A stretch of 32,000 nucleotides of DNA, taken from the NCBI GenBank assembly GCA_002720095.2, contig PBGP02000019.1, forward strand, positions 90,177-122,176, in the 5' to 3' direction. Made by a program: the position numbers and the translations under genes. The notes beneath the pieces are model-generated. The model was given only the letters and a program-made list of their open reading frames with translations, was not told the DNA's origin and searched no databases. Positions 24,201 through 32,000 of this stretch are shown here, in pieces (position 1 is the stretch's first letter; every line of letters starts with the position of its first letter). The stretch is from Methanobacteriota archaeon. GTDB lineage: Archaea; Thermoplasmatota; Poseidoniia; Poseidoniales; Poseidoniaceae.

Positions 24201-26631
24201 TAAAACCTCTCCTTTTAATTATGGCAGCACTCAAAAGAACAACAGCAGAAAGAGCTAAATTTATTGGAGCAGGAGTTTCTTTGTTTTCAACTAGCGGTGG
24301 TGAAACTACAGGCTCTACATTTACGAAAATTGAGGATGAATATTCGGAAACTTTTCCATTTTCTATAGCCGCTTTGATTTGAATTCTATTCTGTCCGACA
24401 TTTAGTTTATCTATTGTAATTTTATTCTCAGTACCATTATAAACTTCAGTCGTAATTCCATCTCCAAAATAATCAGTGACAATTACTGAATACCATTTGA
24501 TATTTTCAATTTCATCCCAACTTATTTCGATAGATTCATTTTCAAAAATTTTTAGATTAATTCCCTCATTTAATTCAGGTATAGTTTTGATATTGCTAGG
24601 AGGTGGAAGAATATAACCAATATTAACATTCAATGATGTACTTCTAATTGGGTTATCATTTCTAAAAGCCATCAAAAAATATGTAAACTCACCATCGTTT
24701 CTGTCTCTTATTTCAAATGATAAATCCTTACCTTCGTATATTAATACATCATTTTCAAATAATTGATAAAACTCAGTTCCTGGAAATACTCCCCATTCTA
24801 AAGTATAGTCTTTGACAGAGAAATCTCCTCCTTCTGTAATAAATTGAGGTGATGTTGGAACATCATATGAAGTTAGTTCGGAAATCACGGAATCACTATG
24901 TGAACCAGGTAACCTATCGATTATTTTCACCCAATTTCTTACCGTTTCGTTATACCATAATTCCCACGATATCACATCATCCTTGAGATCAATAATTTGA
25001 AAATATGTGGTTGAAAAATTCCCGGCGACAGTTTCAATCATCACATTTTTGTATATATTCACGATATTTTGTGTATCATCATAACCGTTTGGATGCCCAG
25101 GTACTCCAATAATATTAGTTCGGTTAAAGTGCATATTTAAACTACTATCAGAGGTCAACAGGTCTGCATTAGTTCCGTTCAAATTAGTGAAATCCCACCC
25201 CATAGTTCCTTCAACATAATATGATGAGGAGGAAGGAGCATCAGCCCAATATGTCTTAATATTCAACAAATTTTCTGAATCAACCCAACGATATGCTTTT
25301 TCTCCGTCTTCATAACTATCATCGGAAACTCTGAGTAGAAAACATTCTTTATTCATACCGAATGAATCTTTTATTATTTCTGAACCTACCGCAGTATATG
25401 TTCGATTATGTTGGTATTCAGGAGTGTGTCTTATGTGATAGTCCCAACTCATTCCGACAGACCACCAGTCCTCATTTCTTTGTTCTTGTATCACAATCAG
25501 AATAAATGGTTGGTAACTTGAAGTAGTTCCATTTCGATTTTTAGCTATGACATCAAATTCATAAGTACCGGGTTTATCTGTCCAAAAATAGTAAAATTCA
25601 CTTTGTGTTTTCTGTATTGAAACGCCGTCTACAAACAATTCATATTCGTCTGTATATTGTCCTCCATTCCATTTAATTTGGAAACCATCCATAATTGGAA
25701 TAGTTTGAACAGAGGATTCGAAGGTTACATTACCAGGTAAATTAATATCTATAGTAGAACTTACGTTTAACCACCCATCACATTCATTAATGAATTCATT
25801 GATTGGTTCTACAATTTCTTCTCCATTCTGTTGATAAGTAATGAGTTCTGTATTTCCAACTGTCAAATTTTGCAGTAGATAGAACCCATCTGAATTTGTT
25901 ATTGCATTTTCAACACCATTCGAGACAGATACCCCTGGAAGTGGAGCACCATTAGGATCCTTGACGTATCCATATTTACTCTGTGAACCTTTGAAGACTT
26001 CAAAATTATTTGGGGTGTCCCCGCTCATTTTAAAGTGAATATCATTACAAGTAGAGTCTCCATTTCCACCAAAAGTTGTTATTAACGAGTAATACTCCCC
26101 AATTTCATAAACACCGAATTCGGCTCTTCCTTGATCCCAAAAATTGGCATTCTCAATTAAAACACCTGTAGAATCTGTAATTTTAGAACAATCTTCATCA
26201 TCTCCTAGTTCACAATTATCATTGACATTCTGAAGGTATGGATCCCCATTTTCATCAAAGAGTTTAATCGTCACCCAATTCATTCCGACATACCAATCTA
26301 ATTCAATGTCAGATTCTACCAGAATTTTTCTGTAGGAAACGGTATGACCATCATTCATAAAATATGCACGAATTGTATGTTCTCCTGCTGTTACTCCTTC
26401 AAATGTATATGTTCCGTAGTCAGGAGAGGATACATTATCGTTAGACCAAGAGGATTTCATAGAGTCTACTTTTATTGATGTGAGATTGGCTATTTCTCCA
26501 GTTTTTGTGTATATATTTCCGTAAATAGTAAAAGTTTCCTCAATTGTTTCATTCGTAGAATTTTCTGTAGCGTTAATTGGTAATAAAACCATCATAATTA
26601 GAAAGTATGCAATGAATATTCTGCTCTTCAT
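24193..26631 (-). CDS. Large secreted, C-terminally anchored surface protein (CarboxypepD_reg-like + Fn3-like modules + unassigned central domain); first gene of the ABC importer operon
   Basis: Signal peptide MKSRIFIAYFLIMMVLLPINA. A CarboxypepD_reg-like segment GYVKDPNGAPLPGVSVSNGVENAITNSDGFYLLQNL. At least three Fn3-like segments (for example FQIKWNGGQYTDEYELFVDG, YTLEWGVFPGTEFYQLFEND, IEISWDEIENIKWYSVIV). Many N-x-S/T sequons. C-terminal TM plus KRR tail. Confidence 0.7.
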   Translation of the reverse strand: MKSRIFIAYFLIMMVLLPINATENSTNETIEETFTIYGNIYTKTGEIANLTSIKVDSMKSSWSNDNVSSPDYGTYTFEGVTAGEHTIRAYFMNDGHTVSYRKILVESDIELDWYVGMNWVTIKLFDENGDPYLQNVNDNCELGDDEDCSKITDSTGVLIENANFWDQGRAEFGVYEIGEYYSLITTFGGNGDSTCNDIHFKMSGDTPNNFEVFKGSQSKYGYVKDPNGAPLPGVSVSNGVENAITNSDGFYLLQNLTVGNTELITYQQNGEEIVEPINEFINECDGWLNVSSTIDINLPGNVTFESSVQTIPIMDGFQIKWNGGQYTDEYELFVDGVSIQKTQSEFYYFWTDKPGTYEFDVIAKNRNGTTSSYQPFILIVIQEQRNEDWWSVGMSWDYHIRHTPEYQHNRTYTAVGSEIIKDSFGMNKECFLLRVSDDSYEDGEKAYRWVDSENLLNIKTYWADAPSSSSYYVEGTMGWDFTNLNGTNADLLTSDSSLNMHFNRTNIIGVPGHPNGYDDTQNIVNIYKNVMIETVAGNFSTTYFQIIDLKDDVISWELWYNETVRNWVKIIDRLPGSHSDSVISELTSYDVPTSPQFITEGGDFSVKDYTLEWGVFPGTEFYQLFENDVLIYEGKDLSFEIRDRNDGEFTYFLMAFRNDNPIRSTSLNVNIGYILPPPSNIKTIPELNEGINLKIFENESIEISWDEIENIKWYSVIVTDYFGDGITTEVYNGTENKITIDKLNVGQNRIQIKAAIENGKVSEYSSSIFVNVEPVVSPPLVENKETPAPINLALSAVVLLSAAIIKRRGFNG

Positions 26632-26654
26632 GAACAGTCGTGTAGCAACTGATA

Positions 26655-26670
26655 TTTAGGTTAACCTAAA
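26655..26670. promoter_or_regulatory. Perfect 16-bp palindrome TTTAGGTTAACCTAAA: candidate metalloregulator (DtxR/IdeR-like) operator overlapping the putative TATA box of the 26631 operon
   Basis: The sequence is its own reverse complement (verified by hand). It lies 24-39 nt upstream of ATG 26631 (minus strand). Minus-strand TAAATAT (26652-26658) is a TATA-like element centred about 24 nt from the ATG, which suggests a leaderless or near-leaderless mRNA. Half-sites TTAGGTTA/TAACCTAA equal the outer halves of the DtxR/IdeR consensus TTAGGTTAGGCTAACCTAA. Confidence 0.45.
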
Positions 26671-26743
26671 ACCTGTTAAATCCATATAGTCCTTGTCTAC
26701 TTAATACCAAAAAAATAAGAAATATTTTAGCGACCCCACCGCA

Positions 26744-29422
26744 ATGACTAGAATGACAATCGGGGTTTTACTAGTCATTATTATCAATATTTTTACGATT
26801 TTGCCAATTTTTGAGGAGGCAAAAGGTCTTTCGATATCTACAGTATCTAAACAGGATGAACTCAATTGTAGTCAACATAATTTGACACTAACAAATGAAA
26901 TTCACGTTGATAATCAATTAGGCAATAATAATTATTCTGGTACAAAAGAGTGCCCTTTTAGATCTGTTGATGAAGCGTTAAAAGTATCTAGAGACGGGGA
27001 TACTATTATTCTTCATGAGGGTGTTTATTATGAAGAGATTTTTATTGAAAATTTTGAAAATTTAACTATACGTAAAGCCGAAAATAATAGAGTGGTATTT
27101 GATGGAACCTCTAGTATCATTGATGATTTAAATGGTACTTGGATTCATTCTTCGAATGAAATTTACGAGGTTGAAATAGATCAGAAAGGCTGGCAAGTCT
27201 TCGTAGATTACAAAGAACAGGTACCCGCACGGTGGCCAAATGCAAACTTCACAGATTTTTCGGTATTTGACCAAACAAACAATTGGGCCAAAGGTACAAT
27301 TGATGAAGGAGGTAATTACATCAATGGAGAATTGCAAGATAATGGGAAATTAAGCTCAAGTGGCATTGATCCAGTTGGAGCAATAGCAATTCTAAATGTG
27401 GGCTCTTTCAAGACTTGGAGTAGAACCATTAATGATTACGACTCCACTAATAACACTTTGTTATATGATCAAGTCCCAAATTGGAAGACGAAACACCATC
27501 ATTACTTTTTGGAGGGAAAGAGAGAATTGATTGATGTTCCAGGTGAATGGTGGTTCGATAGTAGTGTTAACAAATTGCATATGAAATTTGAAAATGGAAC
27601 AAATCCAAATAATTTAGACATTAGAGTTAAAACCCAAGCTTATGCATTTAACATCACTAACAGCAACAATATTTCGATAGAAGGGTTAGAATTCTTCGGT
27701 ACTACGTTCAATATTAACCATTGTAACGGTTGCGTTGTCAGAGATTCTGATTTTATGTATCCTAGTACTTCCAAAAGAGGTTTAGGAATTGTGGGAGAAG
27801 ATGTGGAAGAAAGATGGGTTTCGAGAATGGACTTCTGCACTAACAGTTTGATAGACAACTCTTCATTTGCTTACACAGACGGCTCTGCACTTGAATTTCA
27901 TGGGGCCTCCTTGAAGTCTCACAATAATACAGTAAACAATACGCATTTTGAATATATTGATTGGTCATCTTCTGATTTAATTGGATTGATGGTGACAATA
28001 TACGATGGAGGAAAAGATAACACTTTTTCTAATAATACGGTTAAAAATACAGGGGCATCATCAACACTTAGCATTGGAGACTCACCAAAAATATTTTTTA
28101 ATAATATTTCAAATACGGGCTTGATTCAAAGCGATGGGGCAGTAGTTCAAATGATGATGTTAGAACAACAAGGCGCGCAAATAGCGTATAATTGGATTCA
28201 TAACACTGAAAAATATGGAATTAGAATGGATGGACCAGCGGGCGGAATCAACATAGGAAGAAACGCAACTATACATCATAACGTATTATGGAATATAAAA
28301 ACAGGAATAATGGCTAAGGGTGACTATCATGAGATTAGCTATAATACTGTATTTGGTGGGGGTTTAGACTTAGGTAAAAATGATATAATTATTTTATTTG
28401 AGAACGGAGAAGGAAATGAAAACTCATCAACGAATAATAATGCCGCAGATAAAATATCTGCTCATAGATCGAAGTCATACGAAGAACATCCTGTCAAAGG
28501 ATATTTTGTCGATAACTATAATGGGTATCAAGAGGAATTAGGCGAGGTGGAAAATTACTTATTAGATCCAGATAATTATGATTTTAGACCGATAAATAAC
28601 TCACCACTGGATAATCTAAGTGCAGGAGCATATCAGGCATCAGATCCAGACCCATGGGAACCAGGCGCCGAGAGAAAATGGATTATAATGCAATCGTTAT
28701 ATAAAGGATGTACAAATATTTCAGCGAAAAATTACGATTATTTGGCAGGAATACACAATCATGAGTGTATGTTTGATGTTGAAATTCAACCCGAACCTGA
28801 GCCTGAACCTGACGGGCATTGTTTAATCATAGACAATCTAACTGTCAACGAGACCTATTTTGTTACCCTTGACCTTGTGAATACATGTGATAAAAGCATA
28901 CACTATCCAGGAGTTAATGCCACAGCAGATCACCTTCTGGTCAGTGGATTTCCGGACTATGTCGAGTGGTATTACCTAATATTCCCCCACACAACCTACA
29001 ACCACTCTTGGCAACTTTATTTTGATGAGGCGATTTCTAATGGAACTGAGATTTCGTTTAACTTTGAAGCAGCCATCTTGAGTTGTGAAGAAGAAGGTTA
29101 TTGGCACGATTGTCCAGATTCGATACTTGAGTATACATTTACATTAATTTGGGTTGATAATGAAACGGAAGAAGATTCAAAAACAGAACAGTTTATTGAA
29201 TTCCATAATGAAACAGATGATTTAGATAATGATGATAATGATGGAATACCAAATGAAAAATTCGATCTTAAAAAATTTTATCAAGATTTTTGTTGTACAA
29301 TTGGTTGTGGATTATTAATGGGTTCACCATTTCTACTATGGCCTAAGAAGGAAAAATCATTGAATAAAGTAGAGGTTCCCCCAAAATCTATAATTCTTGA
29401 AAACTTACACGAGAAAAAATAA
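26744..29422 (+). CDS. Secreted right-handed parallel beta-helix (pectate-lyase-fold) protein with Cys-rich C-terminal module and TM anchor
   Basis: Signal/anchor MTRMTIGVLLVIIINIFTILPIF. DUF1565/beta-helix-like start CPFRSVDEALKVSRDGDTIILHEGVYYEEIFIENFENLTIRK. Repeated N-x-hydrophobic turns (ITNSNNISIEGLEF, NNTVKNTGAS, NNISNTGLIQ, HHNVLWNIKTGI). PEPEPEPD linker at about 28790-28812. Hydrophobic C-terminal segment followed by KKEK. Confidence 0.7.
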   Translation: MTRMTIGVLLVIIINIFTILPIFEEAKGLSISTVSKQDELNCSQHNLTLTNEIHVDNQLGNNNYSGTKECPFRSVDEALKVSRDGDTIILHEGVYYEEIFIENFENLTIRKAENNRVVFDGTSSIIDDLNGTWIHSSNEIYEVEIDQKGWQVFVDYKEQVPARWPNANFTDFSVFDQTNNWAKGTIDEGGNYINGELQDNGKLSSSGIDPVGAIAILNVGSFKTWSRTINDYDSTNNTLLYDQVPNWKTKHHHYFLEGKRELIDVPGEWWFDSSVNKLHMKFENGTNPNNLDIRVKTQAYAFNITNSNNISIEGLEFFGTTFNINHCNGCVVRDSDFMYPSTSKRGLGIVGEDVEERWVSRMDFCTNSLIDNSSFAYTDGSALEFHGASLKSHNNTVNNTHFEYIDWSSSDLIGLMVTIYDGGKDNTFSNNTVKNTGASSTLSIGDSPKIFFNNISNTGLIQSDGAVVQMMMLEQQGAQIAYNWIHNTEKYGIRMDGPAGGINIGRNATIHHNVLWNIKTGIMAKGDYHEISYNTVFGGGLDLGKNDIIILFENGEGNENSSTNNNAADKISAHRSKSYEEHPVKGYFVDNYNGYQEELGEVENYLLDPDNYDFRPINNSPLDNLSAGAYQASDPDPWEPGAERKWIIMQSLYKGCTNISAKNYDYLAGIHNHECMFDVEIQPEPEPEPDGHCLIIDNLTVNETYFVTLDLVNTCDKSIHYPGVNATADHLLVSGFPDYVEWYYLIFPHTTYNHSWQLYFDEAISNGTEISFNFEAAILSCEEEGYWHDCPDSILEYTFTLIWVDNETEEDSKTEQFIEFHNETDDLDNDDNDGIPNEKFDLKKFYQDFCCTIGCGLLMGSPFLLWPKKEKSLNKVEVPPKSIILENLHEKK

Positions 29423-29468
29423 TATTTAATCTTAATTTATTTTAGTAATTACAATAAGAATAAGAAAA

Positions 29469-30083
29469 TTACTTTTTTCCAAACATTACTAATGTACCAA
29501 TGAAGTTTTCATTAGAAGCAACTTGATGGATTTCTACATCTTTAAACCCTGCATCTAACATTCCCTTTTTCCAATCATTAATGCTAAGTTTTGTCATATG
29601 CACATTCAATTTTTCAGGCCAACTATGACAGTCTTCATTTTCCAAATAATAATCAATTCCAGCTATAAATAAACCATCTGGATTAAGCCAAAAATTAAAA
29701 AAATCTTTTAACATTTTTAGGGGGTCTTTTAGATAATATAAAAACTCCATACTATGTATTAAATCGAACTTTTCTTGAGGTTTCCAATGAGGAAGTTTAG
29801 CGTGAATATAATTTCCTTCAGGATCAATTTCTTTCGCTTTTATTATCATCTTTTCCGAACCATCAATTCCCACAATTTTTTTACATTTTTGATTTTGTGA
29901 TAGTTTCCTACAAACCCAACCATTTCCACACCCAACATCAACGGCAGCAAACATATAGTTTAATTTAGGATTAATTAAAGATAGCATTTTATTTACAGAG
30001 GGTGCGTGTCCTATTTCCATTCCTTCATCCTTTTTTTTTGAGACCCACTCTGAAAATACATCCGTAGCATCTAACTTCTCCAT
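29469..30083 (-). CDS. Class I SAM-dependent methyltransferase
   Basis: Motif I VDVGCGNGWV, motif II-like KIVGIDGSEKMI, post-I acidic residue, DLIHSMEFLYYL. 204 aa. Confidence 0.8.
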   Translation of the reverse strand: MEKLDATDVFSEWVSKKKDEGMEIGHAPSVNKMLSLINPKLNYMFAAVDVGCGNGWVCRKLSQNQKCKKIVGIDGSEKMIIKAKEIDPEGNYIHAKLPHWKPQEKFDLIHSMEFLYYLKDPLKMLKDFFNFWLNPDGLFIAGIDYYLENEDCHSWPEKLNVHMTKLSINDWKKGMLDAGFKDVEIHQVASNENFIGTLVMFGKK

Positions 30084-30175
30084 TTTTAATTGTAAATTGA
30101 TTCACCCAATCAATCTTACTAATTTTTGATGATTGTACATAAGTGTTTAATTATTATTTCGTCACAGCGGAGACT

Positions 30176-32000
30176 ATGACTAAGAGAGGATTGACCTGTA
30201 TTTTTGTATTGCTGATTATGATAAGTTCTGGATGTACAGGAGCTGTTGAAGAAGTCGTTAATGAAATTGAGGATATAGATTCTCCAATTATTGATGAAGT
30301 AATTGATGATGTGTTAGCTCCAATTTCAAACTGGATGGAGGTTGGAGATAGAGATAGAACCTCTCCTAATTTAGTATCTTACAACTCTTGCGACTTATTA
30401 GAAAACGAAATTCGTGAAAATTTAAAAGAAAAAATGCGAATAAATATTTTACAACAATCTTCTGATTATTATGGAGGAGGAATTTGGATAGAAGATGACA
30501 TGGTTTTCGATGACGGGATGGCTGAAGGAGCCCCAGTTGCATCCGACTCTGCCGATTCGTCATCAACTTCTAATTCTAATACTAGAGAAGAGGGAGTAGA
30601 TTTCTCTGGCACTAATAATCAGGAAGAAGGAGTCGATGAATCAGATTTTGTTAAAACAGATGGAGATAATATTTACGTTATTAATAATGGAAAATTAATT
30701 ATCTTAGGAGTTCCTGAGTTTGGAGACATAATTTTTAGTTCTTCAATTCAAATCGAAGGGAACGCAAGAGAGATGATGCTTTACGGAGATAAATTAGTTG
30801 TACTTTCTTCAATTTATACTTGGGGCCTTCCTCAGGAAGATGAATTAAGAACTTTGTTGACCGATGTAGTTTCTGGTCAATCTAGAATGCGAGCATCTAG
30901 TCTAACAAAGTTTACTGTGATTGATATTGAAATTAAAGATTCACCGCAAATAACTAGTGAGTTGTATTTAGAAGGCCAATATTTGACTGCTAGAGAGCAA
31001 AATGGAATGGTTAGAGCAATAACACATGGATACTTAGATTTACCCGGCCTATTAAATTGGGTAATAATTCCTCAAGATTTACAAGATGAATATTATAACA
31101 GCGGGTTGGATTGGGAAGATTCGCGTCGTCAGGATATTTGGAATGCCTCAATGAATTATACAATTCAACAGAATAATATTATAATTAACAACTCACAAAT
31201 TCAAGACGTAATGCCTCAGATGTATCACAAGAGTGGTACATCAGTTGTCAAGGTACCGATGCATACTGAAACTTGCAATGAGTTTGTTGCATCCGAGGAC
31301 AATGCAGGCATTGAATTCACCTCTATTCTAACACTTGATTTGCTAAGTTTAGGATTTAGTTTTGAGGCTGACCATCTGATGGGTAATTGGCCGACAATTT
31401 ATGCTTCAGGAGATACATTATTAATCGCCGAACCGGCTCATGATTGGTGGTGGTACTGGGGCTCTGAAGACATTAAGGAGGAAACAAATATACATGCATT
31501 TTCATTAGATAATCAGGGAACTACGTATCTTGGAAGTGGAAGAGTCGATGGTACAGTCTTAAATCAATTTTCATTGTCAGAGTACGAGGGTAATATTCGT
31601 TTAGCCACAACTACAGGAGAATGGAATCGTTGGTGGGTTTCAGATCCTGACCCTATGGAAAACCATGTTATTATCCTACAACCCAATGAATCTACATCTA
31701 CTTTAGACGAAATCGGTAGAATTGATGGAATTGCTCCCAACGAAAGAATTTGGTCAGCTAGATTTATGGAGGATAGAGCATATATTGTTACATTCAGAGA
31801 TATTGACCCTTTATGGACAATTGACCTATCTAATCCATATTCACCTGTAATTATGGGTGAATTAAAAATTCCTGGTGTCTCGACATACATTCATCCTTTA
31901 AGCGATAGTAATATCTTAACAATAGGTATTGGTCCTGAAAATTTAGAAACAGGCTTAGGTTTAGATTGGTCAACAACTCAAGTATCATTATTCGACGTAA
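30176..32000 (+). CDS. Secreted lipoprotein with Beta_propel (PF09826/COG4880-like) beta-propeller domain, 3' end outside the window
   Basis: ATG 30176 is preceded by GGAG. Hand translation is open to 32000, and the ORF is absent from the track because it has no stop. MTKRGLTCIFVLLIMISSGCTG is a signal peptide with a lipobox. Family hallmarks: GTNNQEEGVDESDFVKTDGDNIYVINNGKL, VLNQFSLSEYEGNIRLATT, RFMEDRAYIVTFRDIDPLWTIDLSNPYSPVIMGELKIPGVSTYIHPL. Confidence 0.82.
   Translation, partial: MTKRGLTCIFVLLIMISSGCTGAVEEVVNEIEDIDSPIIDEVIDDVLAPISNWMEVGDRDRTSPNLVSYNSCDLLENEIRENLKEKMRINILQQSSDYYGGGIWIEDDMVFDDGMAEGAPVASDSADSSSTSNSNTREEGVDFSGTNNQEEGVDESDFVKTDGDNIYVINNGKLIILGVPEFGDIIFSSSIQIEGNAREMMLYGDKLVVLSSIYTWGLPQEDELRTLLTDVVSGQSRMRASSLTKFTVIDIEIKDSPQITSELYLEGQYLTAREQNGMVRAITHGYLDLPGLLNWVIIPQDLQDEYYNSGLDWEDSRRQDIWNASMNYTIQQNNIIINNSQIQDVMPQMYHKSGTSVVKVPMHTETCNEFVASEDNAGIEFTSILTLDLLSLGFSFEADHLMGNWPTIYASGDTLLIAEPAHDWWWYWGSEDIKEETNIHAFSLDNQGTTYLGSGRVDGTVLNQFSLSEYEGNIRLATTTGEWNRWWVSDPDPMENHVIILQPNESTSTLDEIGRIDGIAPNERIWSARFMEDRAYIVTFRDIDPLWTIDLSNPYSPVIMGELKIPGVSTYIHPLSDSNILTIGIGPENLETGLGLDWSTTQVSLFDV

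Noticed and set aside
9866-31890. Remaining short antisense ORFs from the track: 2518-2727, 9866-10210, 11767-11976, 11951-12214, 12404-12697, 13253-13552, 13688-14128, 14249-14521, 14759-14956, 16674-17180, 17763-18140, 18104-18286, 18417-18623, 19865-20074, 20626-20916, 21641-21895, 22123-22350, 22666-22923, 23558-23752, 27128-27337, 27640-27858, 30366-30566, 31564-31890
   Set aside because: Each lies fully inside a longer opposite-strand or other-frame gene with clear family motifs. The 146-aa and 168-aa ones are long for an AT-rich genome but sit in the codon-complementary frame of real genes, where stops are depleted. None has recognisable domains. 30366-30566 and 31564-31890 are antisense to the edge-truncated Beta_propel gene.
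1-32000. CRISPR arrays, rRNA genes, transposases/IS elements, toxin-antitoxin or known defence-system genes
   Set aside because: I looked on both strands. The only regular repeats are the two intragenic tandem repeats (4723-4758 and 5233-5721). No nuclease, ATPase or reverse-transcriptase-type defence signatures or terminal inverted repeats were seen.

Overview
This is an AT-rich segment (roughly one-third G+C by eye) that reads as archaeal chromosome. It is most plausibly from a marine planktonic Thermoplasmatota lineage (MGII/MGIII-like). That placement is inference from a DUF1628-type archaeal pilin signal peptide, LVIVD and Beta_propel surface proteins, an acidic proteome, TATA-like boxes about 25-28 nt upstream of starts, and a TPP riboswitch. 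I support about 26 protein genes, two of them truncated by the window edges and therefore missing from the ORF track. I also support one tRNA-Leu(GAG), one TPP riboswitch, two intragenic tandem repeats and one decayed repeat relic. I saw no CRISPR array, rRNA, transposase or integrase.

Layout:
- 1-1616: membrane-anchored coiled-coil protein.
- 1829-8352: M50 protease, then a minus-strand run of secreted or surface proteins (M28 peptidase, cupredoxin-like lipoprotein, pilin-like repeat protein, LVIVD propeller).
- 8582-9555: amidinotransferase-fold enzyme and tRNA-Leu.
- 9595-15260: small Cys-motif protein, hexapeptide acetyltransferase, GT-B glycosyltransferase, an EamA-CYTH fusion and an EF-hand-PAS-MenA fusion.
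- 15293-18762: TPP riboswitch plus thiamine ABC importer.
- 18827-19657: pirin.
- 19685-26631: tightly coupled six-gene minus-strand operon (812-aa surface protein, binding protein, FecCD permease, ATPase, flavodoxin, HugZ/DUF2470-like protein). A perfect 16-bp palindrome with DtxR/IdeR-like half-sites sits on its putative TATA box.
- 26744-32000: beta-helix surface protein, SAM methyltransferase, Beta_propel lipoprotein.

The best candidates for something undescribed are the surface-receptor-plus-haem/iron import-and-degradation operon with its operator, and the two sensor/enzyme-to-membrane-protein fusions (EF-hand-PAS-MenA and EamA-CYTH). All family assignments come from motifs read by eye. 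No database search was run.
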